A stretch of 55,134 bases of DNA from Verrucomicrobiota bacterium (GTDB lineage: Bacteria; Verrucomicrobiota; Verrucomicrobiia; Chthoniobacterales; UBA10450), in assembly GCA_041167305.1 (NCBI GenBank), contig JBEEHI010000138.1, positions 1 through 55,134 on the forward strand. The letters are read 5' to 3'. A program made the translations under genes and the position numbers. The number at the start of each line of letters is the position of its first letter. Position 1 is the stretch's first letter. This document shows positions 26,273-35,862 of the stretch, in pieces. A model generated the notes under the pieces. The model saw only the letters and a list, made by a program, of their open reading frames with translations. It did not search any database and was not told the DNA's origin.

Positions 26273-28237
26273 GTGGTTCGGAACACTCCCCAGCTCACCG
26301 GCATGATTTCGTCCTGGTCGCGCACGATGGTGATTCTCTTGGGCCTCGGGGCGCTGGCCGCCGCGGGGCCCGAACCAATCCGCGGGACATTGGAGGACAA
26401 AGGGATCCGGGTCGCGTTTGAAGTCGCGCGGGTGGCTGCGCCCGACGCGCGCGGCGAATCATTTCAGGAAGGCGACGCCGTGCGGTTTGGTTTCACCATC
26501 ACAGATTCCGCCGGAAAAGCTCCCATTCGGGGCGCGAACGCCCGCGCCTGGCTGAGCTTGCGCCGTGAGGGCGAAATCCCGGCGGCGAATGCGCCGAAAG
26601 TGAAAGCGTCGCGTTTTCTCACTGGCGGCATCTTCGGCCAGGCTGATCTCGATTTGAATTCGTTCTATGTCCTGGCTTTGAACGGTGACGCCAGCATCTC
26701 CGTGGTCGATCCGCTTTTCGGTTTTGGGAACACAAAGCTTCTCGCCCTTATTCCGCTCTCGGCAAATGGCTACGACTGGGCGCTGACGCAGGACCAGTCG
26801 AAGCTCTTCGTTTCGATTCCGGAAAAAGGGCAAATCGCAGTGATCGATACTTCCCGCTGGGAAGTGGCCAAGTACATCGAAGCGGGCCTGCGTCCCGCGC
26901 GGCTTGCACTCCAGCCCGATGAACAATATCTCTGGGCCGCCGGCAGCGAAGGCGACTCGAACACCAGCGCGGTCGCATTTCGCACCGATACTTTCGCGCC
27001 TGTGGCCCGGCTGCCCATTGGCCGCGGCAATCATGCCTTCGCGGTGACGCGCAACAGCACCTTCGTCTTCATCACCAATGGCGAAGATGATTCCATTTCA
27101 ATCATCGACACCCGGGCCCTGGCGAAAGTGAAGGAGATCAAAGTGGGCCGCGGGCCAGTGGCAGCCACCTATTCGGAGTTGGCCGATGCGCTTTATGTGT
27201 GCGTAGCCGACGCTGGTGAAATTGCGGTGGTCGATGCAAAAACCCTGACGCTGGCCAAGACCATTCGGGCGCAGACGGGCCTCGCCGACATTGCGACCGC
27301 GCCCGGCGGGCGTCATGTGCTCGCGGTGAATCGGAAAACGGACGTCGTCGAGGTGATCGATACATCGTCCAGTGAAATCATTCAGACCGGAACCGTAGGC
27401 AAGGCGCCGTTTCAAATTTCGTTTTCGCGCGACCTTGCCTACATCAACCATCTCGAAAGCACGGAAATTTTCATGCTCCCGCTCTCGCAGATCGGCCGGC
27501 GCGGCCAGCCGCTTTCGGTGGTCACCTTTCCCGCCAGTCAGCGTCCGCTCGGCGAAGCGTGGCGCGGCAGCCCCGCAGCCCGCATCGTGCCCGTGCCGGG
27601 AGAAGCCGCTGTCCTGGTGGCCGACACCCTAGATCGCGCGATCTATTTTTACAAAGAGGGAATGGCGGCACCGATGGGCACCTTCACCAATTACAAGCGG
27701 GAGCCGATGGCCGTGCAGGTGGTCGATCGCACCCTGCGCGAGCGGAGTACGCCCGGGGTTTACGATACCGTGGCCAAGCTGGGAAAGCCGGGCATTTATG
27801 ATGTCATTTTTTTTCTCGACTCGCCCAAAATCGTCGATGGCTTCGAATTAACCGTCGCGCCGAACCCCAAGCTCGAAGCCGAACGAAACGGGCCGAAAGT
27901 GGTGATCGCGCCGCTGGTTCCAACGATGCCCACGAAAGGCGGCACGACCGCGACATTTAAGTTTCGAGTAACGGACAAGCAAACCAATGAGCCGGTCACG
28001 GGTCTTCGCGATATGGTGATCGTGATCATGGCGCCGGGAAACTGGCATGAGCGCCAGGTGGCCAAAGAGGAGGGAGACGGCGTCTATGGTGTGACCGTGA
28101 CGCCGCCCGAGGCGGGAGTCTATTACGCGCACGCGCAATGCCCTTCACTTAATGTTCAATTCGGAAACCCGCATTATCCCGTCTTGCGGATTGCGCCGGC
28201 CAGCTCGGCCAGCGCCGCAGCGAAGAAGAGTGAGTAG
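26273..28237 (+). CDS. secreted YVTN-type beta-propeller repeat protein with C-terminal Ig/FixH-like domain
   Basis: GTG 26273 (alternative ATG 26303). Repeats such as KLFVSIPEKGQIAVIDTSRWEV and TFVFITNGEDDSISIIDTRALAKV. C-terminal GVYGVTVTPPEAGVYYAHAQ. Confidence 0.7.
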   Translation: MVRNTPQLTGMISSWSRTMVILLGLGALAAAGPEPIRGTLEDKGIRVAFEVARVAAPDARGESFQEGDAVRFGFTITDSAGKAPIRGANARAWLSLRREGEIPAANAPKVKASRFLTGGIFGQADLDLNSFYVLALNGDASISVVDPLFGFGNTKLLALIPLSANGYDWALTQDQSKLFVSIPEKGQIAVIDTSRWEVAKYIEAGLRPARLALQPDEQYLWAAGSEGDSNTSAVAFRTDTFAPVARLPIGRGNHAFAVTRNSTFVFITNGEDDSISIIDTRALAKVKEIKVGRGPVAATYSELADALYVCVADAGEIAVVDAKTLTLAKTIRAQTGLADIATAPGGRHVLAVNRKTDVVEVIDTSSSEIIQTGTVGKAPFQISFSRDLAYINHLESTEIFMLPLSQIGRRGQPLSVVTFPASQRPLGEAWRGSPAARIVPVPGEAAVLVADTLDRAIYFYKEGMAAPMGTFTNYKREPMAVQVVDRTLRERSTPGVYDTVAKLGKPGIYDVIFFLDSPKIVDGFELTVAPNPKLEAERNGPKVVIAPLVPTMPTKGGTTATFKFRVTDKQTNEPVTGLRDMVIVIMAPGNWHERQVAKEEGDGVYGVTVTPPEAGVYYAHAQCPSLNVQFGNPHYPVLRIAPASSASAAAKKSE

Positions 28238-28248
28238 GACCTGATGCT

Positions 28249-29319
28249 ATGTTGATAAGGCGTCTCGGAATTCTGCTAACATCGGTGCTTGTGTGGGGCC
28301 CGAGTTGGACCAACGCCGCCGCGCCGCCGCAGATCAAGGATGTCCCGGACACCATGCTGGTGGATCAGGAAGGCCGGGAGGTCCGGTTCAAAAGCGACGT
28401 GCTCGGGGAGAAGACCGTCGCCATCCAGTTCATCTTTACTACCTGCCGCGCCATCTGTCCCGTCATGGGCGCTGCTTTTGCCAAGCTGCAAGACCGGCTG
28501 GGCGATCGGCTCGACAAGGATATTTCGCTCGTCTCCATCAGCATCGATCCCGTCACCGACACGCCCGTACGGATGAAACAATGGGGCGAACAATTTGGCG
28601 CGCGCCCCGGCTGGCGTCTGCTCACCGGCGAGAAGGGGAAGATCGAAAATCTGCTCAAGGCGCTCGAAGCCACCAATCACAACGCGCCAGTGGTGCTGCT
28701 CGGAAACTTGCGCACGGGCGAATGGGTGCGCTCCTACGACGACATCACCGCGCCCGACAAACTCTACGCCCAGCTCATCGATTTGGCGGACAAGCCCTCC
28801 CAGGCGCAAGAATACTTTGCCAATACGGTTCTGACCGACCAGGACGGAAAAAAGTTACGGCTCTACGAAGATCTACTGAAGGGAAAGGTCGTAGTAGTGA
28901 ATGCTTTTTTCTCCACCTGCCGGAGCGTTTGCTTGGAGACCATGCCGACTGTGGCTGCACTTCAGGCCGTGGCAGGAGACCGCCTGGGCAAAGACGTGAA
29001 CCTTCTCTCGATCTCGGTCGATCCACTCAATGATACTCCGGCAAAACTCAAAACTTATGCGCGAGCGCTTGGGGCGAAACCGGGCTGGTATTTTCTCACG
29101 GGCGATCAGCAGGCCGTCAACGATGCGCTATACAAGTTTGGCCAGTACGTCGAAGTCAGGGAGACCCACTCGAACGTGTTCCTCATGGGAAATGACCGAA
29201 CCCGCTTGTGGAAAAAGGTGCTGGGAACTCCGCAGGTCCCAGATAAGGCGGCGAGCTTCGAAGCTATTGCGGCGATCTTCCGTTCGGTTCTGAATGATAA
29301 GGGTGAGGCTAAACCTTAG
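28249..29319 (+). CDS. tandem double SCO1/SenC-family (thioredoxin-fold copper chaperone) protein
   Basis: Signal peptide. Two copies of the SCO signature: FTTCRAICPVM...SISIDPVTDTP (CxxxC at 28444-28458) and FSTCRSVCLET...SISVDPLNDTP (CxxxC at 28918-28932). Confidence 0.8.
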   Translation: MLIRRLGILLTSVLVWGPSWTNAAAPPQIKDVPDTMLVDQEGREVRFKSDVLGEKTVAIQFIFTTCRAICPVMGAAFAKLQDRLGDRLDKDISLVSISIDPVTDTPVRMKQWGEQFGARPGWRLLTGEKGKIENLLKALEATNHNAPVVLLGNLRTGEWVRSYDDITAPDKLYAQLIDLADKPSQAQEYFANTVLTDQDGKKLRLYEDLLKGKVVVVNAFFSTCRSVCLETMPTVAALQAVAGDRLGKDVNLLSISVDPLNDTPAKLKTYARALGAKPGWYFLTGDQQAVNDALYKFGQYVEVRETHSNVFLMGNDRTRLWKKVLGTPQVPDKAASFEAIAAIFRSVLNDKGEAKP

Positions 29320-30892
29320 CCGCGTCCGGCTGGTCGTCGCGATCTTGCTCGGCGTGCTCGCACTCGCGATGGCCGGCGAGAAGACTGTCGAGCCAGAGAA
29401 GCAAGCGCCGGCCGCAGTGCGTGGACGGGAGATTTACCGGACTGGAATCCCGCTGGATGGTCCTCCCTTGACGGCGAGCGTGGGCAGTCCGGCGATGGAA
29501 GTGCCGGCCAGCATTCTAAAGTGTGTGAATTGCCACGGCCAGGATGGGCGTGGCCAGGTCGAGGGAGGCATTGCACCCGCCAATATTCGCTGGGAGGAGC
29601 TGACCAAGCCCTCCGGCAGCGGTGCGGCCGGACGCCGCCAGCGGACCGCCTATTCCAGTACGCTGCTCATTCGGGCGATCGCGTCGGGGCTGGATGCGAG
29701 CGGCAATCGACTCGATCCGGCGATGCCACGTTACCACCTCACACATGAGCAAGCGGCCGATCTGGTGGCTTACCTCGAGGTGCTCGGCCGGGAAGCAGAT
29801 CCTGGAGTGACGGAGACCAGCTTGAAGATTGGTGTTGTCCTGCCACCGGCGAGCGTCACTGGCTCCGCGCGGGCGATCCGCGAGGTCATCGCGGCCTTTG
29901 TCCTTCAAGTAAATGAGCAAGGTGGCTTTTATGGCCGGAAACTCAGGCTCTCCTTCGTCACTTCTCCGGACGATGTCGAAGCCCGCGCCGGCGCCATTCG
30001 CGACTTTGTCGAAACGGAACAGCCATTCGCCCTAATCTCCAGTTATGTGGTCGGCTGTGAAGAGGAGGTCGGCCGTTATCTTGAGGAGAACAGGATACCG
30101 CTCATCGGGCCGATCGCTCTTTACGCGAAAGACGAGCCTTCGCGGCACAGGCACGTGTTCCATTTAGTAGCGGGACTGGCGGGCCAGGGCGAAGCGCTCG
30201 GCCGCTTCGCAGCACAACTGCCCGAGTTGAGCCACTCCGCCGCCCTCATGGTGCGCCGGGAAGGCGATGACGAGATCCGCGCACTGTCGGTGACAATTGG
30301 CAAACGCCTCATGGATGGCGGATGGGTTGCAGCCCGCGACGTGGCCCTCACGGAGACTTCGACGCCAGACTGGGCCGCACTTCTACGGAGCGGGGATACT
30401 TGTTCGGTCTTTTGGTTCGCCCCGGCGAGCGGATTGGATGAGTTTTACCGCGCTGCCGTTAAGGCCGGCTCGTATCCATTTCTTTTTGCGCCGAGCGTCC
30501 TTGCCGGAAACGAACTCCTCTCAGCGCCGGCGGGCTTCGCCGGACGGATTTTTTCTTCGTTCCCGACCCTCCCCTCCGATCAGACATCCGCCGGCAGAAG
30601 CGAGCTCTTGAAGCTGGCGAGCGAAGGGCATGTTTTCGACGGCAGCTTTCCCCGGATGGCGCTCTCCTCAGCCAAACTTCTCGTGCATGGCCTGCGACAG
30701 ATGGGAAAGGAAGTCAGCCGCGAAAAACTCGTCGAAACCCTGGAGAATCTCTACGACTACAACACGGAGCAGACGCCCGCGGTTACGTTTACGCGCAATC
30801 GGCGAGTGGGCGCGGGTGGCGCACACGTGGTGGGCGTTGACGTGCAGCGAAAATCGCTTGTTCTACCCTCCACGTGGGTGCCGCTCAATTGA
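29294..30892 (+). CDS. cytochrome c domain fused to a type I periplasmic binding protein (Leu/Ile/Val-binding-like) domain
   Basis: 532 aa. Signal/anchor, then CVNCHG (29522-29536), then a PBP1-like body (KIGVVLPPASVTGSA...IPLIGP...). Confidence 0.65.
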   Translation: MIRVRLNLSRVRLVVAILLGVLALAMAGEKTVEPEKQAPAAVRGREIYRTGIPLDGPPLTASVGSPAMEVPASILKCVNCHGQDGRGQVEGGIAPANIRWEELTKPSGSGAAGRRQRTAYSSTLLIRAIASGLDASGNRLDPAMPRYHLTHEQAADLVAYLEVLGREADPGVTETSLKIGVVLPPASVTGSARAIREVIAAFVLQVNEQGGFYGRKLRLSFVTSPDDVEARAGAIRDFVETEQPFALISSYVVGCEEEVGRYLEENRIPLIGPIALYAKDEPSRHRHVFHLVAGLAGQGEALGRFAAQLPELSHSAALMVRREGDDEIRALSVTIGKRLMDGGWVAARDVALTETSTPDWAALLRSGDTCSVFWFAPASGLDEFYRAAVKAGSYPFLFAPSVLAGNELLSAPAGFAGRIFSSFPTLPSDQTSAGRSELLKLASEGHVFDGSFPRMALSSAKLLVHGLRQMGKEVSREKLVETLENLYDYNTEQTPAVTFTRNRRVGAGGAHVVGVDVQRKSLVLPSTWVPLN

Positions 30893-30898
30893 TAGGCC

Positions 30899-31852
30899 AT
30901 GCGTTTGATCGTCGCTGAGTTGGGAGCTTACTCGCATTTCGTCACGCGCGAGTTTTCCTATATTATCCGCGAGTTGATTGAGGCCTATGGATGGAGGCAT
31001 CTGGAGCCTTCTGCGTTGCGCGGGGGAGCAATGCGAGAGCGACTCGTCCGTCATTGCGGAGATTTCCCGGAGGTCATTCTCTTCTGGGGTGGCGAGGGCT
31101 TTCTGTGCGAACACGACCGTGAGGTTGAAAAGCTGCCCGCAGCCAAATGGTTCGTCGCGGATGACCTGCACCATCATGACTCAATGCCTTATCGGGAAAG
31201 AGCGTTCCTGCTGTGTGACACGGTTCTTGCGACTTATGCCTATCGATTTGCGGAGTATTTTCCAGACACGGCAAAGTCCAGGCGTTTGGTCTGGCTGCCC
31301 CACTCCGCCTCTCCTGATTTTGCGCTCCCGTTCAACTCCCGGGCACGGAACGAACTCCTTCTAAGCGGGGCGATGTGCAACGCTTATCCTTTAAGACAAA
31401 GGGTGAATGCTTTAAGGGAAAGCGGCTTCGAAGGGATCGTTCACCTGCCTCATCCCGGTTATCACTGTCAATACGAATACGAAGCCGACGTCCGGATAGG
31501 GCGCGCCTTTGCCAAGCGGATGTGGGAGCACCGAGCCGCATTTACCGATTGCACGGTTTTCCAATATGCCGTCGCCAAGCATTTTGAAATTCCCGCCACC
31601 GGCGCTCTTCTCGTCGCCGATGTTTCCATCGAGAAGCCTTTGGGCAAGCTGGGTTTTGTGCCCGGAGTTCATTACTTCCCGGTGAGCGGGGGAGATTTGG
31701 GAGACCGTGTACGATATCTTCTCTGCGAAGAGCATCATGCCGAGCTGGACCAAATCAGAAGGAATGGCCAGGCGCTGGTCTTGGAACGCCATCGAACGAG
31801 CCACCGCGCCAAGCTGATCAACGATCTCGCGCTCCAAACCGGCCGGTCGTGA
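30899..31852 (+). CDS. CgeB-like / GT-B glycosyltransferase-like protein
   Basis: 317 aa. The C-terminal FEIPATGALLVAD...HYFPV...LDQIRRNGQALVLERHRTSHRA resembles the CgeB-family C-terminal domain. Confidence 0.5.
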   Translation: MRLIVAELGAYSHFVTREFSYIIRELIEAYGWRHLEPSALRGGAMRERLVRHCGDFPEVILFWGGEGFLCEHDREVEKLPAAKWFVADDLHHHDSMPYRERAFLLCDTVLATYAYRFAEYFPDTAKSRRLVWLPHSASPDFALPFNSRARNELLLSGAMCNAYPLRQRVNALRESGFEGIVHLPHPGYHCQYEYEADVRIGRAFAKRMWEHRAAFTDCTVFQYAVAKHFEIPATGALLVADVSIEKPLGKLGFVPGVHYFPVSGGDLGDRVRYLLCEEHHAELDQIRRNGQALVLERHRTSHRAKLINDLALQTGRS

Positions 31853-31956
31853 GCATCTTTTGCATGGCAATCCAGACGGCAGCTCTCTACGATCCCTTCG
31901 CTCCCCGACCAAAGAAACAACTGCGTGCAACGCGATTGCCGCAACCTCTCCAGATC

Positions 31957-32784
31957 ATGAGAAAATTGCGCACCCTTGCCCTCGCCACCAGCCTCTTCGC
32001 GTCTGCACTATTTCCCAGCGGGTGTCGCCGGCCGCAGGCGGAGCAGGTCGTCGTCACAGGCGCTAGTACTGTTTATCCCATCGTGCAGATGGCGGCGGAG
32101 GAGTTGCGCCGTACGAAGGGGCTTAACGTGATGGCTCAAGGAGGCGGGAGCACACGGGGCTTCGAAGATTGCATCGCGGGGCGCAACAGTCTCGGAGCGA
32201 TGGCCCGCGAGCTGACCCCGGAGGAAAAGGCTCAGGTACTTGTGTTCCCGATCGCCTATGATGGGGTGGGCATCGTCGTGCACGCTTCGAATCAATTCGC
32301 CGGAGTGACAACCGAGCAGCTGCAGCAAATCTATCGCAAGCAAATCACCAATTGGTCCAGCTTCGGCGGGCAAAATGCCAGCATCGTGGTGGTCCACAAA
32401 GGCGAAGGACACGCGACTCGCGAAGTCTTCATGAAGTACACCGGGCTGACCCCGGATGAGATGACCCGCTACACAGACGTGGCCGCGGGCGACAACGCCC
32501 AGGTCATCCGCGTAATCGCCAATACCCCCAACGCCATCGGCTATGTCAGCCTGGGTGAAGTGATCAAGGCAGCCGAAGCCGGCCAGCCCGTTCGTCTGGT
32601 TAAATTCAACGGCATCGAGCCGGTGATGGAGAACGTTACGAACAAGACCTATCCCCTCTTCCACCCGCTCTCTCTAATCTCCAAAGGAGAGCCGAAAGGC
32701 GGCAGCCGCGTCCTGCTGGATTTTCTGCGTAGCCCAGAGGGAAAGGCGATCATTCGCCGGGGAAATTATGTTCCGCTGGAGTAA
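31957..32784 (+). CDS. pstS: phosphate ABC transporter substrate-binding lipoprotein
   Basis: ATG 31957. Lipobox LFPSGC. GASTVYPIVQMAAEEL...GGGSTRGF...GYVSLGEV. Confidence 0.8.
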   Translation: MRKLRTLALATSLFASALFPSGCRRPQAEQVVVTGASTVYPIVQMAAEELRRTKGLNVMAQGGGSTRGFEDCIAGRNSLGAMARELTPEEKAQVLVFPIAYDGVGIVVHASNQFAGVTTEQLQQIYRKQITNWSSFGGQNASIVVVHKGEGHATREVFMKYTGLTPDEMTRYTDVAAGDNAQVIRVIANTPNAIGYVSLGEVIKAAEAGQPVRLVKFNGIEPVMENVTNKTYPLFHPLSLISKGEPKGGSRVLLDFLRSPEGKAIIRRGNYVPLE

Positions 32785-33592
32785 GACGCGTTGGTGTTGG
32801 GCGGGCGCGATGGGACTCGGCCTCGTGCCGATCCTCGCCATTTTTGCCCTGGCCATCTTTCTTTTTTGGAATGCGGCCGGGGCGTCGGTCCAGATTGGAC
32901 TCCGGGAGTTGGCGGCCACGGAATGGTCGCCTCAACAGGGCCGGTATGGAGTGGCGCTGCTCCTTGGGGGCACTTTGGCCGTGACAGCATTCGCCTTGTG
33001 TCTGGCGGTGCCGGTCGCACTCTGCGCGGCCGGTTATCTGGCCCTGTCCGCCGGGGGAAAAGTGCGGGCGGCTGCGAACGCCGCCATCGGGCTCTTGGGC
33101 GGCATTCCTTCGGTCGTCATTGGGCTCTGGGCCATGACGTGGGTCGTGCCCGTCTTTGGCAATTCGTGGATCTCCGCCTCAGTGGTGCTCGCCTTGATGA
33201 TAGTGCCGACGATAACTCTCTTGTCCGGCGCTGCGCTTCGCCTCGTTCCGGCCGACTTGCTTGAAGCTAGCCGAGCCTTGGGCATGAGCGAAGGAATTGT
33301 CTCGCGCGTCGCATTTCATCATGCGCGGTGGGGCATTTTGGGCGCGATCGTTCTGGGAACGAGCCGCGCGCTAGGGGAGGCAGTGGCCGTGAGCATGGTA
33401 GCCGGAAACGTCGCCTCCTGGCCCTCCCTTACGCGGCCGATAGCCACTTTGACGACTACTTTGATCATCGAGCTCGATGGCGCTGCGGGCTTGCACCGCA
33501 ATGCGCTTTATCTCCTCGCTTGTATCGTGCTCCTTGCAATCAGCGCGCTCAGCATTTTCGGCCGGGCTGCGCAACGCAAAGCCGGGATATGA
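32768..33592 (+). CDS. pstC: phosphate ABC transporter permease
   Basis: 274 aa multi-TM protein. EASRALGMS EAA-loop region. Its position is between pstS and pstA. Confidence 0.75.
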   Translation: MFRWSKTRWCWAGAMGLGLVPILAIFALAIFLFWNAAGASVQIGLRELAATEWSPQQGRYGVALLLGGTLAVTAFALCLAVPVALCAAGYLALSAGGKVRAAANAAIGLLGGIPSVVIGLWAMTWVVPVFGNSWISASVVLALMIVPTITLLSGAALRLVPADLLEASRALGMSEGIVSRVAFHHARWGILGAIVLGTSRALGEAVAVSMVAGNVASWPSLTRPIATLTTTLIIELDGAAGLHRNALYLLACIVLLAISALSIFGRAAQRKAGI

Positions 33593-34395
33593 TCAAACTA
33601 CTTGGCATCATTGCGACCTTGTTCATAATGGCCTTGGTAGTCTGGATGGGTTGCGATCTCTTGTATCGTGGCGCTTCCGGTCTGCACGCGGGCTATTTGT
33701 TCGAAACTCCACGGGACCTGGGGCGCTCCGGAGGAATCGCACCAATGCTGGCCAGCACCGGCATCATTGTCGGCCTGGCGACCCTTCTCGCAGCACTGGT
33801 TAGCTTACCCTTGGCAGTTGCGTACACCGAATTGGTAGCGCCGACCGGTCTCCGCACGATTGTTCGCTCGGCCCTAGATATCGGTGTCGGCGTGCCTCGG
33901 ATCGTCTGGGGACTCTTTGGAGGCGCATTCTTCGGAGGGTACTGCGGTTTCGGGTTTTCGCTTCTCTCTGGTGTCCTGACCCTGGCGTGCCTGCTGGCGC
34001 CTATTATGACCACCGGCTTCATCACCGGGCTGGAGATGGTGGAGAACGAAATACGCGAGCAGTGCGCCGCGCTCGGTGTCGACCGCTGGCAGACGGCGTG
34101 GCGTCAGGTGGTGCCTGTGGCGCTTCCCGGTCTCACAGCTCCTCTGGCGCTGGCGGCCGGGCGCGGTTGCGGCGATGCAGCAGCGCTGCTCTTTACCGCC
34201 GGTGTGGCCATGCAAATGCCATACTCACTCTTCGATCCCGGCGCCACGCTCTCAGTCTTCGTCTTCCATCTCCTAGGCACAGTGCCCGGCGGTCAAAACG
34301 CCGCCTATTCAGCCGCCGCCGTTTTATTCATCATCACGCTCGTTATTCAATTAGCCATCACGACGCTCACGCGGGAGGAGCGCTACGCCCAGTGA
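33589..34395 (+). CDS. pstA: phosphate ABC transporter permease
   Basis: ATGA overlap at 33589. 268 aa multi-TM protein. REQCAALGVDRWQTAWRQVVP. Confidence 0.75.
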   Translation: MIKLLGIIATLFIMALVVWMGCDLLYRGASGLHAGYLFETPRDLGRSGGIAPMLASTGIIVGLATLLAALVSLPLAVAYTELVAPTGLRTIVRSALDIGVGVPRIVWGLFGGAFFGGYCGFGFSLLSGVLTLACLLAPIMTTGFITGLEMVENEIREQCAALGVDRWQTAWRQVVPVALPGLTAPLALAAGRGCGDAAALLFTAGVAMQMPYSLFDPGATLSVFVFHLLGTVPGGQNAAYSAAAVLFIITLVIQLAITTLTREERYAQ

Positions 34396-35723
34396 TTACC
34401 CTTAGCTATCAAAACTTCCGGCTGTCCGTCGGCAAGACCACGATCCTGGATGGCATCGACCTGGAGCTGCTAGGACCTGGGGTAGTCGCTCTGCTCGGTC
34501 CTTCGGGCGTCGGCAAAAGCTCGCTGCTCCGCGCCACCCAACGCTTGATCGAGCATGGCCGCGATGGGTGGAGCCGCTCTGGCGACGTCCTTTTCAACGG
34601 CCAAACCGTTTTCGGGTCCACCTTCTCGAAACAGCAGCTCGCTCGTCGCATCGGTTTCATTCATCAAAGGCCGCGCATGCTCGCGGGCTCGGTGCTGGCC
34701 AACGTGGAGTTTGCCCTCAAGCATGCCACTACGCTCAAACGTAGCGCAATTCGCCGGCTTGCCGAAGAAGCGCTCGAGCAGGTGGGGCTCACTTGGGAGC
34801 TGGCCAGCCTCGATCTTGCCGCGTGGAAACTTTCCGGCGGCCAGGCGCAACGCCTCGCGATCGCGCGCGCCATCGCATTGCAGCCGGACGTGCTTCTGAT
34901 GGATGAACCCACTTCGGCACTCGATCCGCTTAAAAGGCAGCAAGTGGAGGAGATCATTCGCGTGCAGGCGCGCGCCCGGCTGATTGTGATCGTGACGCAC
35001 GAAGTTCATCTCGCCGAACGTCTGGCCGATTTCGCCGCGTTCATGTTTCGCCAGCACGGCGGCGCCCGCATTTTTGAAGCAGGTGCCGCCGCAAAAGTGT
35101 TGCGCGATCCCGCCGAGATCGCGGTGCAAGAATTCGTGCGCACCGGACGTGCGGGACGTGAGCCGGCCCATGCCTCCGTCCCGGCCCGCCATGCCTCGGA
35201 CGACTTGGAGATGGCCGCACCTGCGACCCCCTTCGGCCTGCGCTTGCTGCAGCGCGTGTATCTCTTCGTCTGCGGCGAGAACACCAGCCGATCCCCCGTG
35301 GCCCAGGCGATCTGCAACAGCGAGGTCGCGCGCCTCTTGAAACTCCAGCCTGGCGAAGGAAAACCGAAGTTCGAGGCGCTAAGTGCCGGGCTTTCCGTTT
35401 CGGCGAGCCGTCCCATATCGGCCAAGGCCGTCAGTGCGTTGCGCGAACTCGGGTGCGAGCCTCGACCCCACGTTTCGCGCGAAGTCACTCAGGAACTTGT
35501 CGAGCGCGCCGACGCCATCTATTGCATGACTGATCAGCAATGCCGGGAACTCGCGCTCCGCTTTCCCGCCGCCACCTGGAAGCTCCAACGGCTCGATCCG
35601 GTCGGCAACGTCGAAGACTCCCGCGATTCGGAGCCCGCCGATTTTCTTCGGATCGCTACCCGCATTCGCGACCTTGTCCGCTGGCGCCTGGAAAGCCAGT
35701 TTCGTTTTCCGCTAGCGGAATAG
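34392..35723 (+). CDS. pstB: phosphate-type ABC ATPase fused to a C-terminal low-molecular-weight protein-tyrosine-phosphatase/ArsC-like domain
   Basis: GTGA overlap at 34392. Walker A GPSGVGKS, LSGGQAQRLAIARA, LLMDEPTSALD. A linker follows, then VYLFVCGENTSRSPVAQAI (CX5R(S) at 35271-35294) and LDPVGNVEDS. Confidence 0.75.
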   Translation: MITLSYQNFRLSVGKTTILDGIDLELLGPGVVALLGPSGVGKSSLLRATQRLIEHGRDGWSRSGDVLFNGQTVFGSTFSKQQLARRIGFIHQRPRMLAGSVLANVEFALKHATTLKRSAIRRLAEEALEQVGLTWELASLDLAAWKLSGGQAQRLAIARAIALQPDVLLMDEPTSALDPLKRQQVEEIIRVQARARLIVIVTHEVHLAERLADFAAFMFRQHGGARIFEAGAAAKVLRDPAEIAVQEFVRTGRAGREPAHASVPARHASDDLEMAAPATPFGLRLLQRVYLFVCGENTSRSPVAQAICNSEVARLLKLQPGEGKPKFEALSAGLSVSASRPISAKAVSALRELGCEPRPHVSREVTQELVERADAIYCMTDQQCRELALRFPAATWKLQRLDPVGNVEDSRDSEPADFLRIATRIRDLVRWRLESQFRFPLAE

Positions 35724-35782
35724 CGACGCGCTGCGGCCGTTGACCGTACCGACTGCATAACTCGCTCGGGCCGATCAGCAAC

Positions 35783-35812
35783 GATGCCGGCAGTTTTTTT
35801 CTGACTGGCATC
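35783..35812. terminator. imperfect hairpin with a T7 loop downstream of pstB (weak terminator candidate)
   Basis: gatgccggcag-ttttttt-ctgactggcatc gives about 11 bp with one bulge. There is no 3' U-tract. Confidence 0.25.
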
Positions 35813-35862
35813 GCCGCGCTCAGTATGAATTCACAAGCCTACTACCTGTTAGTCAGCATTGC

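Noticed and set aside
28293-29033. A 246-aa alternative-frame ORF inside the double-SCO gene, and similar same-strand overlapping ORFs (for example 32791..33264, 5215..5676 and 10863..11150).
   Set aside because: These are Arg/Gly/Pro-rich off-frame translations of confident genes, with no independent motif support.
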